The notes: generated from the letters alone by a model not told the origin. A stretch of DNA of 64,000 nucleotides from Octopus sinensis (GCF_006345805.1 NC_043020.1:23436001-23500000); one strand, 5' to 3'; shown: positions 50,985-64,000, counted from the first letter of the stretch. Numbers and translations: made by a program.

Positions 50985-51185
50985 TGACCGCGTGTGTACC
51001 GTTGGCGATATTTTCCTCCGTCTTCCTTTCTTTGGATCTTTCCTTTTCCTGTTTCTGACGAAGAGTTCCGCTCGAAAAGTTAAACCCTCCTTCTTACCTT
51101 CTTTGCTGAGCGTCCAATAATACTATATTTGTTCCACGTCCTCGCGTTGTTGTGTTTTCTCTTTGTGTTTTCATGTTTGGATTAA
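50985..51185 (+). mobile_element. Penelope-like terminal fragment with a mutated minimal hammerhead motif
   Basis: GTTT CTGACGA AGAG-ttccg-CTC GAAA(A)GTT AAAC at 51051-51085. Confidence 0.55.
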
Positions 51186-51188
51186 CTT

Positions 51189-51219
<31 letters not shown>

Positions 51220-51253
51220 TATATATATTATGTATGTATGTATGTATGTATAC

Positions 51254-51304
<51 letters not shown>

Positions 51305-51311
51305 GTATGTA

Positions 51312-51351
<40 letters not shown>

Positions 51352-51894
51352 TATGTATGTATGTATGTATGTGTGTGTGTATATATATATATCAACGGAC
51401 TCATAAGACGACATATGAATATTGAGCGAGAAGAGAAGGTCCAATCAATTACAGACAATGAATAACATACCTTAATACTACTACTGCTACTACTACTACT
51501 ACTACTATTTACAATTCGTTCACGTCATCTGGAGACTCCTCACTGATGTGAGTCCGGAGGTCACCAAAAACAATAGGGTTTTGGGCACTAGCATGACTTA
51601 TCAAAACCAGCTTGTGATCTAGCCAAGAAATCACTATGTAGACAATGGTAGTTTGTGGGAAGACAATTGTTCTGTTGGTTTATTTTCCTATTTTCCTGTG
51701 AGAGCTCCTGATGAATTTCCCTTTGAGTTTTGAAATTCTGAAGCTGGGAAAAGAAGATTTTCCGCCAGTCTATACGGCTTCTCGCAAGATTCCCAAAGAT
51801 TTTCTTTCCTAATATTAGGCGTTTCGAATTTTTCCTTACACCATAGAAGGCACCGGCCTACATTGCGTCGTGAGTTTACGAGCTGACCATAATA

Positions 51895-52442
51895 TTTGGC
51901 TGTCCGGAAATTTCGTGCCGATTTTTAAAAGAAAGAAAAAGGTCAATAAATACTTGCCGTTACATTTCTAATCATCCAAGTATGAACCATTTTGTTGCAC
52001 AATGCGTCTCCATCTTTCTTTTAACTTGAAAATACCCTCTTCCCAGAATTGAGGTGGTTTCATGGCAAAGAATTCATCACGGTATCTTTTTTTGTCATCC
52101 AAGGAAATTAAATTTTTACCATTAAGACAATTCTGCAGAAACCTGAATAAGTGGAAATCCGAAGGAGCAATATCTGGTGAATATGGAGGGCGGGGTAACA
52201 CATCCCAGTCGAGCTGCAGCAATTTTTGTCTTGTTCCCAAAGCATCAAGTGCCGAAAGTGAACTTTCTTATCTTCCATTTTGAAGGCTTACAGAAGTAAC
52301 ACAGGTTATAGGAACATAAACCTTCTTCCACGTGTTCTAAATGGAGGTGTAGTCAAATCCTATTGTATGGACTCAAACATGTTCTAAAATAAGTCGAAAG
52401 GTAAGCTACTATAAGTCCGCACGAACTTTCCGGACGACCCAA
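51895..52442 (-). mobile_element. Internally deleted non-autonomous mariner, copy 2
   Basis: TA-flanked TIRs; MEDKKVHFRHLMLW fused to GTRQKLLQLDWDVLP.PPYSPDIAPSD as in 4724-5289. Confidence 0.9.
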
Positions 52443-53132
52443 TAGATTTGTTTTGGTATTCTACCACTAGTCATACGTACGTATATATGCATGTATGTAC
52501 GAATGTACGAATGTATGGATGTATATGTCTGTGTACATAAACTGTCGGTGCTCATACTTCTGATGACATAAGCTAACAGGTACATACAATAATTTCTCAG
52601 GTTGACATTCTCCCTAAACTTCAAATTGAACTACAATTAAAAACACGGGTATGTTATAGTTAACTAACTGAGATTGGCTGTAGGCAGGGTTTCAATGAAG
52701 CTTGCAGGCGGATAATAGGACTATGATCTAAACAGGTAAACAGATCAAATGATGACATTTATATATTTACATAATTTGAAAAGAGGGAAAATTGATTAAG
52801 GAGTTAAAATCACCAGAGATCAATAAAATATGGTTTCAGTAATGTTCATAATGGTTGTGACATATGCTTCTATATATCGCCGAAATCGTTATGATGTAAG
52901 TCCGTGTTAATGAAATTACGTAGTGGATAAAGTCCCAAGCTGAAAGAATTTTCCAAATTGTTCCTTACAGCTGCTTCAAGAATAAATGAGCAGTTCGTGA
53001 AATTCCCTTTAAGCAGTCTGCAACCAAGGTGTTTGGTGGTACTATATTCTATCACGTATAACACACGCGCGCGTGTATTTACGTGTTCTTACATACAAAT
53101 ATCTACGTATATGCATATATGTATACATTTTT

Positions 53133-53463
53133 ACTCTTTTACTTGTTTCAGCCATTTTACTGCGGCCATGCTGGAGCACCACCTTTAGTCGAACAAATCG
53201 ATCCCAGGACTTATTCTTTCTAAGCCTATTACTTTTTCTATAGGTCTCTTTTGCCGAACCGCTAGGTTACGGGGATGTAAACACACCAGCATCGGTTGTC
53301 AAGCATATATATATATATTATATACATATATATATATTATATACGACGGGCTTCGGCCCGAGGCTACAGCAGAAGACACTTGCCCAAGATGCCACGCAGT
53401 GGGACTGAACCCAGAACCATGTGGCTGGTTAGCAAGCTACTTACACATAGCCACTCCTGCGCC
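53133..53463 (-). mobile_element. SINE B with an internal deletion
   Basis: Both halves are present. Confidence 0.85.
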
Positions 53464-53467
53464 AATG

Positions 53468-53501
<34 letters not shown>

Positions 53502-54459
53502 GTGTGTGTAAGATATATTTAATGCATATATGTCTATTAGCATATATATGTCGATGTGTGTATACGTGTGTGTGTTTGCATGAAATAGTTGGCATGTGTT
53601 TGTGTTTATCTCTTCACTGCTTTACAATCAGTGTTGGCTCGTGTACGTCCCTGTAACTTAGAGGATCAGCAAAAGAGACCGTTGGAATAAGTACCAAATT
53701 TCCAGTAAGTACTTTAGCTGATTTGTCCGACTAACCCTACAAGGTGGTGTTCCTGCATGGTTGCTGTCCCCGTGCAAAAGCGCTTAGTTCTTGTCTAAAA
53801 TGTCTTTCATCATAGGTCTCCTACATCATGGCTTCTTAAACAATCATACAACATGAACGATATCAAAGACTGCAACAGGATCAATAATTTCCGCTTAGAT
53901 CGAATGTCATACTGCCTAAAATCAATATCAATAATTTTTGTTTTCTCTTGTGATTGATTACATTGGAGACAAACTGTCGACTTAGCAGAGCCATATGGAT
54001 TATTCTTAACCCGAACTTAATCCAAGATGTCCAGAGAGATCAAAGGAAGTGAAACGACAAACCTCAGATGACAAATCATTAATCACAAGTAAGCGTTTAA
54101 TTATGAGAATAATATGAAGACCATCAACAGATTGACAGGAAATATCGTCTGTCAGTTAATTAAATATTTTTCATCGATTCATTGATCATTATTATCATCT
54201 GTCTCGATGATTTCATTGAAGTGTTTTGAGTGAGAGCTGGAACGAATTGTAAGAAATACGTGCGATGTGTTGGCATACATTTATGTCTCAATGTCAATAT
54301 TTTGAATACAAATAGAATGATAGCGAAAATGTATTGTTATTGGTGTTGTTGTTGCTGCTGCTGTGCTGTTGCTGTTGAGCAGTCCGGTCTGAGCAGTCCG
54401 AAACGTGGTCCTTTGCTATTCGTAAGACCCGCAGAAGAGAAAGCAGGTCAACCCCCGAC

Positions 54460-54690
54460 ACCGAGACCATCGACGGATGGATGAATGCGCATCCAGGCTC
54501 AGCGGTTGCGTAGGAAGTCGGGGACAAGAAACAGGAAGAAAGAGTGAGAGAAAGTTGGAGCGAAAGAGTACAACAGGGGTCGCCATCACCCCCTGCCGGA
54601 GGCTCGTGGAACTTTAGGTATTTTTCGCTTAATAAACACACACAACACCCGGTCTGGGAATCGAAACCGCGATCCTCCGACTGCACAGGG
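54460..54690 (-). mobile_element. Probable tRNA-derived SINE family D
   Basis: Minus strand GCAGTCGGAGGATCGCGGTTTCGATTCCCAGACC (B-box-like); single copy in the window. Confidence 0.45.
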
Positions 54691-55175
54691 AGGGGGTCCT
54701 GTCCTGGACTGAAGACCCGGATTGGCTTCCGCAGGTAACTGCGGAAGTCATAACGAAGAAAGAAATGTTTGGTGCAATGGACTCCTTTCCGAAGAACCAA
54801 TATATGTTTGTCTTTTGGAGCACCGACTTGAATCTACAAGTTTGACTGCGGGAGGCATATAGCCTGGTCGGAGAGGAAAGGTAAGAGGCATTAGTACCTC
54901 AATTTCAATTTTTATTATTTGTATATTTGGTAAGAAGCTAATGCCTCAATTTGTAAGGAAGATTTCGTCCCTTTTTGAACTGAGGTAAGAGATTCAATAT
55001 CTCACTTTGTTTTGTTGATAAAAAAAAAGAACAATGTCTTCTAGAATGCAGCAATCGGAAGGCGTTGATTCCTTCTCCCACCAACCATTTCTTTCATTCC
55101 ATCATCATTGTGTCTTTGTCCAGCCCGCAGCTACTACCTCTACGTACGGCTTTTATAGCCAATTAAATGAAATAA

Positions 55176-55530
55176 AGTAGCTTGCTTACCAACCACATAG
55201 TTTCGGGTTCAGTCCAACTGCGTGGCACATAGGGCAAGTGTCTTCTATTATAGCCTTGGGGCGGCCATAGACTTATGAGTTGATTTGGCCGACGGAAACT
55301 GAGAGAATCCTGTCGTATATATATATGTGTGTGTGTCTGTCTGTTTGTCCCCCAACATCGCTTGAGAACCGATGCTGGGTTGTTTACGTCGCCGTAAACT
55401 AGCGGTTCGTCAAGAACACCGATAGAATAAAATACTACGCTTACAAAGAATAAGTTCTTGGGTCGACTTTCTCGACTGAACGTGGTGCTCCAGCATGGCC
55501 GCAGTCAAATGACTGAAACAAATAAAAGAA
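55176..55530 (+). mobile_element. SINE B, diverged
   Basis: Both halves are recognisable. Confidence 0.8.
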
Positions 55531-56119
55531 TAGAAATTACGTCGTAGCTTGATTTGTCTGACAAAACCCTTTCAGACTGCATTCGACCGTGACGGCAGTC
55601 GCATGACTGAATCAACTAAGAACTGAAAGAATTTCCTTGGCATATACCGTTTTTATTGTTCCGGTCATTTTTGTTTCCTTTTGTTAAAGCTGTAAATCAA
55701 TACCGGCCATGACCATCCCATTTATTCACACATTGTATATCTATAACTACATTATACAATATGTCTTTCCATCTATTTTACGTTTTTTTTTTTAAATATT
55801 GCGGTATAATTCGAAAAAAAAAGTGTTCGCTGCGGTTCACAAGAGATTGATAAACCACACGGTTTTATGTCATTTTGAAGTACGTTTAGTTGCTAATTCT
55901 GTCAAATCAAACAACCGCGTAGACACTCCTCCGTTCATGGTGAATTTATAGAAACAGAATGCGGTAAGGAAAATAAAAGAGAAAAAAATCATAGAAACTC
56001 GTTTCATTTACACAATAAATTGTCATTTCAAATTTATATCAGTCGCATCAGCGCTAAATTCTAAATTACATAAACCCCTTGACGTGAGTGATACAACATA
56101 TATTTGATGTAATGTGACA

Positions 56120-56400
56120 AGTGGCGGCAGCAGCCGTAGCAGCAGCATCAGTAGTAGTAGTAGTGGTAGTAGTAGTAGTAGTAGTGTTGGTGGTGTTGGT
56201 GGTGGTGGTGGTGATTGTGCTGGTGGTGCTGGTGGTGCTGGTGGTGCTGGTGGTGATAGTAGTAGTCGTAGTAGTAGTAGTAGTAGTGGTGGTGGTGGTG
56301 GTGGTGGTGATGGTGCTGGTAGTGCTGGTGCTGGTGGTGGTGGTAGTAGTAGTATTAGTAGTGGTGGTGGTGGCGGCGGCAGCAGCAGCAGCAGTCGTGC
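56120..56400. repeat. Compound trinucleotide tract (GCA/GTA/GGT/GCT)
   Basis: Direct reading. Confidence 0.9.
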
Positions 56401-56595
56401 GACATGATATGCAATCTAAAAGTCTCTGCAGAAATAATCTTAATACGTCCATTATGGCAAAAAGACAAACGTGATGCTTGTCTTACTGACGCTTTTTCAA
56501 GGGTGTATATATATGTTTGTATATGTTTGCATGTATTGTATGTATGTATATAAATATCTAGATATACATGTATGCATGTTTATAAGTATATATAT

Positions 56596-56632
<37 letters not shown>

Positions 56633-56634
<2 letters not shown>

Positions 56635-57035
56635 CGCAGGAGTGGCTGTGTGGTAAGTAGCTTACTAACCAACCACATGATTCCGGGTTCAGTCCCACTG
56701 CGTTGGCTCTTCGGCAAGTGTCTTCTGCTATAGCCCCGGGCCGACCAATGCCTTGTGAGTGGATTTGGTAGACGGAAACTGAAAGAAGCCTGTCGTATAT
56801 ATATTATATATATATGTGTGTGTTTGTGTGTCTGTGTTTGTCCCCCTAGCATCGCTTGACAACCGATGCTGGTGTGTTTACGTCCCCGTCACTTAGCGGT
56901 TCGGCAAAAAAGAGACCGATAGAATAAGTACTGGGCTTACAAAGAATAAGTCCCGGGGTCGAGTTGCTCGATTAAAGGCGGTGCTCCAGCATGGCCGCAG
57001 TCAAATGACTGAAACAAGTAAAAGAGAAAAGAGAA
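56633..57035 (+). mobile_element. SINE B, complete
   Basis: GGCGCAGGAGTGGCTGTGTGG..GACTGAAACAAGTAAAAGAG. Confidence 0.92.
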
Positions 57036-57039
57036 AGAG

Positions 57040-57311
57040 AGAATATATATATATATATATATATGTATGTATATATGCATGCGTATATGCATTTGTATAT
57101 AGAGACGAGACTTTATTCAGACATTTATACATTCAGTTAAACACACACACACACACACACACACAAAGACACACACATATATATAATTTCTTCCTCTCTC
57201 ATTCTCTCTCTCCCCCCTTCTCTCTCTGTACCCCCTCTCTATATACATACATATACATACATGCATACATATAGACAGATAAATTGATAGATATAGATAG
57301 ATATACAGATG

Positions 57312-57348
<37 letters not shown>

Positions 57349-57822
57349 GCATGTGTGTGTGTGTATATTATATATATATATATACAAACAGACATGCATA
57401 GATACACATTTACATACATATATATATATGTATATATTACGAATATATACAAACATACCTTTATGTGTGTGTGTGTGTATGTGTGTGTGTATGTGTGTGT
57501 GTGTATGTGCGTGTTTATACATGTAAATATATATTATAACGGAAAACAGAAGTGGGAAAGAGAGTCGACTAAAGAGTGAAATAGGAAAAAAAATTGACGT
57601 AGACATACACACACAGGCACACACACAGGCACAATCATATAAAGAATTTATTTTTTATATTGTTATAAAACCTGTTGGGAGGAATGGCTTATACGCCTAG
57701 ATACAAAGACGTCTCAGAATTAATAGTCATGTCGGCATTCTTTGCCACGATTCGCTTATCACATTCTTCGAACTATTTAGAAATGCTAAGCGAAACATAA
57801 ATAGCTGCCATTGGGTGTGTGT

Positions 57823-57864
<42 letters not shown>

Positions 57865-58030
57865 GCGTGTGTGTGTCTGTGTGTGAGTGAGCGTGCGCTG
57901 AGATTTTTAAGCTGCCGTTTCTTGTTTGCGAAAGGACTGAGCATCACGTCACGTGACACGGGACCAAGCAACATTAATATGCTCCCACACATATCCCCAC
58001 GATCATATGCATATTTCTATACATATACAT

Positions 58031-58069
<39 letters not shown>

Positions 58070-58675
58070 TACATACATACATACATACATACATACTTAC
58101 ATACATATGCATACATACATACATATATATATATACGTATATATAAATAAATATATGTAGGTTTATATATGTATATGTATATACATATGCATACATACAT
58201 ATATATATGTATATATAAATATATATATATATAGGTATATTTGTATATATATGTATATATATACATACATACATATGTATACATGCATATACATACATAT
58301 ACACACACATGCACACACACACACATACACACACACACACACACCACACCACACACACACACACCACACACATATATATATATATATAGATTATATATAT
58401 ATATATATAATATATATATATATACGTAAATATGTACGTATATGTATACATATATACTCAAAGCTAAATTCCCAGCGTGGATTTTTTGTTTTTAACAGAA
58501 TAATGCCAATAAATCCGCGATGCCAAGAATTCGTCGAATTAGTATTACAATGGTGAGCGACCAGAGATTTACCGATTTCAGAAAATGTTCCATCGGAAAA
58601 GAATAAAATATTATCAATAATATCTTCACTCGCCATTGTGTGGCGAAATACTAAATAATAATAACAATTGTAATA

Positions 58676-58732
<57 letters not shown>

Positions 58733-59010
58733 GTTATATTATAACGATCTCTCAGGTAGGAGAAAAAAACTGGAAGGAAAAGAAAATGCAATATGATTTG
58801 CGTATGTGTGTATATTTATGTATATATATATATATACATACATATTATATATATATATATATATTTACATGCATATATACACACACATATGTATACACCC
58901 ACATTTATATACGTACCTATATATCATTATATATATGCACACATACGCAGATATATGTATGCATGTATGCATGTATGTATCTAATATATAAATATGCACG
59001 TATATTAAAC

Positions 59011-59044
<34 letters not shown>

Positions 59045-59082
59045 ATAAATTTATATATATATGTATATACATATATATGCAT

Positions 59083-59117
<35 letters not shown>

Positions 59118-59121
59118 ACAC

Positions 59122-59175
<54 letters not shown>

Positions 59176-59190
59176 TTACACAAATTTACA
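57040..59190. repeat. Extended (TA)n, (CA)n, (TG)n and (TAA)n cluster with short unique spacers
   Basis: Direct reading. Confidence 0.85.
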
Positions 59191-59191
59191 T

Positions 59192-59440
59192 AGGCGCAGG
59201 AGTGGCTGTGTGGTAAGCAGCTTGCTTACCAAACACATGGTTCCGGGTTCAAGTCCCACTGCGTAGCACCTTGGGCAAGTGTCTTCTACTCTAGCCTCGG
59301 GTCGACCAAAGCCTTGTGAGTGGATTTGGTAGACGGAAACTGAAAGAATCCCGTCGTATATATGTATATATATATATGTGTGTGTGTGTGTGTGCGTGTG
59401 TGTGCATATGTGTGTGTGTGTGTGTCTGTGTTTGTCCCCG
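59192..59440 (+). mobile_element. SINE B 5' half plus microsatellite
   Basis: Matches the 5' half of the 56633 copy. Confidence 0.85.
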
Positions 59441-59924
59441 CAACACTGTTTCCAGCAGACTGAGCATTTGTTTTCTTGATAATTTTAAGATATTTATCGA
59501 TTACCAATAGGATGGCAATTTGGCAGAATCGTTAGAGCGTCGGGAAAGTGCCTTGCGGTAACAGAGCCGATACTATACATTCTGTGTTCAACACCCGCAA
59601 AGATCTATTTTCCCTTTCATCCTTCCAGCGTCAATGAAATAAAGTATTTAGATCGTTGGCATCGACTGCTCCATCTCTTTTCTAAATTGCTGATATATTG
59701 TCTGAATTAGAATCTATTTTTATGTACTTACCGTTTTGTGCTTGGTTACATTTGATCCAATGCAATTTGCTATCCGACTTGATAGTGATATCGATCCATT
59801 TAGGGATGGAAATTCTAATGATAAACAGCATAATGAATACCACAGAATACAATCGGCTAGCGTACCGTATGTATAGACAGCATCTTCCTTGTGTTAATTC
59901 TCAAGTCAGGTAATACGCGGATGT

Positions 59925-60465
59925 TATTTACATTTGACGAATATTTCTCCTCATCTTCTTTGTTGTTAACACCACGTTTCGACTGATAAAGCCTCCAGCC
60001 TTCATCGGGTGTCTTGGGGAAATTTCGAACCTGGCTTCTTATTTCTGAGGAACCTGGATTCTCATTGTTAGGAAAATAACCAAAGCCTCACTTGGGGCAC
60101 CAGGATCTCTTTTATTTATCCTTTTTCTATTATCCCGCCTGCTTCTTTGTGTTGTACAGTAAATCGATTTGTCTTTAGAATGTTCCTATAGACTACGAAT
60201 TTTTAGTATGGGAACAGAAGTAGGGTTTGCTAATGACGCCTTCAGGCCCACGCGATTTCTGAAAGAAGGTACACTGGGAGTAATGTCAATGTACATTATT
60301 TACATTATTTACATTTGACGGATATTTCCCCTCATATTGTTTGTTGTTAACACCACGTTTCGGCTGATATACCTCCAGCCATCATCAGGTGTTTAAAGGG
60401 AAGTTTCGAACCTGGGCTCCCATTCCTAAGGAACTTGGGTTCTCATTCCTAGGAAAATAACCAGA
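59925..60465 (-). mobile_element. Two direct copies of a Penelope-like terminal repeat with hammerhead motifs
   Basis: Motifs at 59968-60013 (core CCGATGA) and 60349-60393 (core CTGATGA, stem GGCTG/CAGCC, GAAAC GTG GTGTT); same family as 45172. Confidence 0.7.
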
Positions 60466-61665
60466 GATGATGATAGAAAGAGAATCCAACAAAATCTAGA
60501 AATTAGGAATGAGAACACACACACATATATAGAGATAATACACACATATATGTATATTTGTACGTATGTATGTAAATAGGTACATGTAACAAGAGCTAGT
60601 AATAATAGCGTTTATTTGAATGTTATATATATTAAATATTTATCTCTCACTGGATGGAGTACGTTTTTGTTGACTCAAACTACAACGGAACAGTAAACTA
60701 TGTATGTATGTAAGTATGTATGTATGTACGTATGTATGTATGTATGTATGTGGAGAGAGAAAGAGAGAGAGAGTTCGATAACCGACTCCACAATCCTTTA
60801 TGCGTGATCGATACTTTAAATATCGTTCCTATAACAACTAAATACTCAGAATGCATGTAACCGTTTCAAAATCCGCAAAGTGTACAATCTCACATTCTTA
60901 GGTACCCGACCAAAATATATGTTTTTACAATCATTCCAATATTCTATTCTCTCTCTGTAATAATCCAAAATATATAATTTATAAATTCATATGAAAATAT
61001 CTACAAAAAATAGACTATGTTTTGTCTTTTCTTTCCCTCTTTTCATCCATCCTTACTCGCTGTATTTTATTTCATTTTATTTATATCATCTAGATTCGGG
61101 GTTCTTTGTCTCCATATTTCTTTCAATATTTGTATAGAGTTTTTATATAAACCGATTCATTTTAATATATATATACAAGTAAATATACATATTTATTTAT
61201 TGCATATACATCTGTATGAATAAAATGTTAATTAGCAAGTTTTATTTAGCAATTTCAGAGTTACATGCCTTTTAAGTCTAAACTACTGACGCCTATAACA
61301 CTTCATGTTGCTATACTAATGAATTATTCATATCACAATTAAAGAAATATTAAATAGAACCGCCATATACTGTATTGATTCAATATGTGAGGTTCCAGAG
61401 TTATATATAGAAGTAAAATATAATCTTTCAAAGGTAAGAAAAAAGAAATAACAAAATTGTACTTATTTAGTATGTGATTTGATTTACGATTAATTATACA
61501 GGTTAAGGTAGTTGGCAGCCGTTTGAAACATATATAATTACATGAGTTTATGTTAGATATAAATTTCACAGCATTTAGTCCTGCCTTTCGAGACTGCGTA
61601 ATAGATACTGTATCTTACACTTTTCGTCACACACTGCAATATGATATATATTACAATTATTATTA

Positions 61666-62271
61666 GAGGTCGACTTTGCCTTTCATCCTTTAGGGGTCGA
61701 TAAATTAAGTACCAGTTACGCACTGGGGTAGATGTAATCGACTTAATCCCTTTGTCTGTCCTTCTTTGTCCCCTCTGTGTTTAGCCCCTTGTGGGCAATA
61801 AGGAAATAGGTATTTCGTCTGCCGTTACGTTCTGAATTCAAATTCCACCAAGATTGACTTTGCCTTTCATCCTTTCGGGGTCGATAAATTAAGTACCAGT
61901 TACGCACTGGGATAAATGTAATAGACTTAATCCGTTTGTCTGTCTTTGTTTGTCCTCTCTATGTTTAGCCCCTTGTGGGCAATAAAGAAAGGTTGATTTT
62001 GCCATTCATCCTTTCGGGGTCGATAAATTAAGTACCAATTACGCACTGGGATAAATGTAATAGACTTAATCCGTTTGTCTATCCTTGTTTGTTCTCTCTG
62101 AGTTGGTCCTTTCTGAGTTCAAATTCCACCGAGGTTGACTTTGCCTTTCATACTTTCGGGGTCGATAAATTAAGTACCAGTTACGCACTGGGGTAGATGT
62201 AACCGACTTAATCCCTTTGTCTGTCCTTGTTTGTCCCCTGTGCTTAGCCCCTTGTGGGTAATAAAGAAATA
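61666..62271 (+). mobile_element. Array of four 5'-truncated SINE A units
   Basis: CTTTCATCCTTTCGGGGTCGATAAATTAAGTACC occurs four times. Confidence 0.9.
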
Positions 62272-62285
62272 CAATGTAATATACA

Positions 62286-62440
62286 GGCGTGGCTATATGG
62301 TACGAAGCTTGCTTCTCAACCACATGGTTCGGGGTTCAGTCCCACTGCGTGGCACCTTCGGTAACTGGCTTCCTTCTACTATATCCACGGGCCGACCAAA
62401 GCTTTGTCAGTGGATTTGGTAGGCAGAAAGTGAAAGAAGT
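62286..62440 (+). mobile_element. Diverged SINE B 5' half
   Basis: GGTTCAGTCCCACTGCGTGGCACC..GGGCCGACCAAAGC. Confidence 0.7.
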
Positions 62441-62656
62441 CTGTGTTCTTCGCCCTCACCCACACCTACACTTACACCTCATAACCATTAGTAGATTTTG
62501 ACGATAATTTTTCCCTCCTTCTTCCTTCCTTCCTTTCAACATTCCTATTTTTTTATTCCGAGAAGAGGTATGCTCGAAACGTAACGTAAAACAACTACTC
62601 TTTTCCTTCTACAAGCGTCCTATAAATACATTATTGCTTTTTCTGTCTTTTTTCCT

Positions 62657-62687
<31 letters not shown>

Positions 62688-62689
62688 CT

Positions 62690-63105
62690 GTATACACACA
62701 CATACATACGTACATACATACATACATACATGCACATACATACATACATACATACATACACATACAGACATACGTACATACATACATACATACATGCACA
62801 TACATACATACATGCACATACATACATACACACATACATACATACATACATGCACATACATACATACTTACATGAACATACATACATACATACATACCTA
62901 CATACATACATACGTACATACATACATGCACATATATACATACATACATACATACATACATGCACATACATACATACATATATACATACATACATGCACA
63001 TACATACATGCACACACATACATACATACATACATACATACATACATACATACATACATACATACGTACGTACATGCATACATACATACATACATACATA
63101 CATAC
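62690..63105. repeat. (ATAC)n microsatellite
   Basis: Direct reading. Confidence 0.95.
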
Positions 63106-63390
63106 AAGCAGGAGCTAAAAGCTGCCAGTGAAAAACTCCCACATCGGAAGAGAAGAACCGGGAGAAGAACAATAAACAAAATATTTAACCGCAAATAGGC
63201 AGCAGAAGTATACAGACTGATGAACGGAGGAGCAGTAAACATCACGGAAGCTCCTTCACTAGAAGACATAGACTCCTAGAAGAAAATCGGGAGAAAAGAG
63301 AAGGAATTTAACCAATATGCTCCCTGGCTGGAAGAAATCCGAAAAAGTTATTGCTCCTCTGTTGCCTCCAAGACATACAACATTGATGGT
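63106..63390 (+). mobile_element. Degraded pre-RT fragment of an R4/Dong-like LINE
   Basis: QELKAASEKL..INKIFNRK*AAEVYRLMNG..APSLEDI..EFNQYAPWLEEI resembles L.A...L.R......N..F......YR.L......P...E...W..IW...HN..A.W. Confidence 0.5.
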
Positions 63391-63424
63391 ATTATTGCTT
63401 TTTCTGTCCTCTGAATTAACGTGT

Positions 63425-63734
63425 TCTGTATTTTTATTTGTATTGCTTTTACGTCCTGTTCTTGTCACTTTTTTTCCGTTTTTTTTACCCCTCTGCAAAA
63501 GGAATTTTATTTAATTCATTTTGCAGGAAGGACTGCTTCGGCCGGATCGTATTCTGCCCTTACCTTAGAAACACGCATTTAGTCGAACCAGGGACAGCTG
63601 ATGAAGGGGAATATTCCTTGTATTGTTGGTCTTGTACTCTGTTTTTTCGTTGTTAAAAAAAGTCCGTTTCCTTGTTTGTTTTTATGTTTTCGTTTCTCGT
63701 TGTGTTCTACGTTTATTTGTGGTGTCCTGTACTC

Positions 63735-63735
<1 letters not shown>
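63425..63735 (+). repeat. Dispersed, diverged homologue of the 830-bp tandem unit
   Basis: Shared ordered blocks GCAGGAAGG..GAAAC..GACAGCTGATGA.GGG..TCCTTGT..TTCTACGT..TTGTG.TGTCCTGTACT with the minus strand of 14410-14720. Confidence 0.65.
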
Positions 63736-63805
<70 letters not shown>

Positions 63806-64000
63806 TGTATATATACATATAGATGTAGGTATGTACATATATGTATGTATGCATATGTTTTATTTGTTAAATTTTTATTATATATATATATATATTTATA
63901 TGTGTATACGAGCAAAACGCCCCTCGTCCAATGGACGGGGCTGAGATGTCAGACATTTAAACGAAATTTTCTCGAAACAACTTGTCCGACCGTCCCATAG

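Noticed and set aside
57900-57970. TCACGTCACGTGAC E-box/CRE cluster as a promoter
   Set aside because: Short motifs with no linked gene or other evidence.

Overview
This is repeat-dense, AT-rich animal genomic DNA. It is probably octopus or another cephalopod, inferred only from the repeat families, and it contains one 100-N assembly gap. No host protein-coding gene could be supported; most short ORFs are microsatellite translations. The window contains: (i) two near full-length, decayed Tx1/L1-clade LINEs facing each other (6.8-12.65 kb +, 18.25-24.3 kb -), plus an orphan 3' UTR, all in contact with (TATC)n/(GATA)n tracts; (ii) a tRNA-derived SINE (family A) whose last ~47 nt match the 3' end of these LINEs; (iii) a bipartite SINE (family B) with an internal microsatellite; (iv) mariner remnants, including two copies of one internally deleted element; (v) a non-autonomous Helitron and a TIR MITE with internal TTAGGG motifs; (vi) R4/Dong-like fragments and a ~545-bp element in (TAA)n tracts; (vii) several Penelope-type hammerhead ribozyme motifs, one forming a 128-bp palindrome, and other fold-back palindromes; (viii) an ~830-bp tandem repeat with ABAB higher-order structure and a dispersed homologue at 63.4 kb. 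Coordinates were read by eye; repeat boundaries may be off by a few bases.
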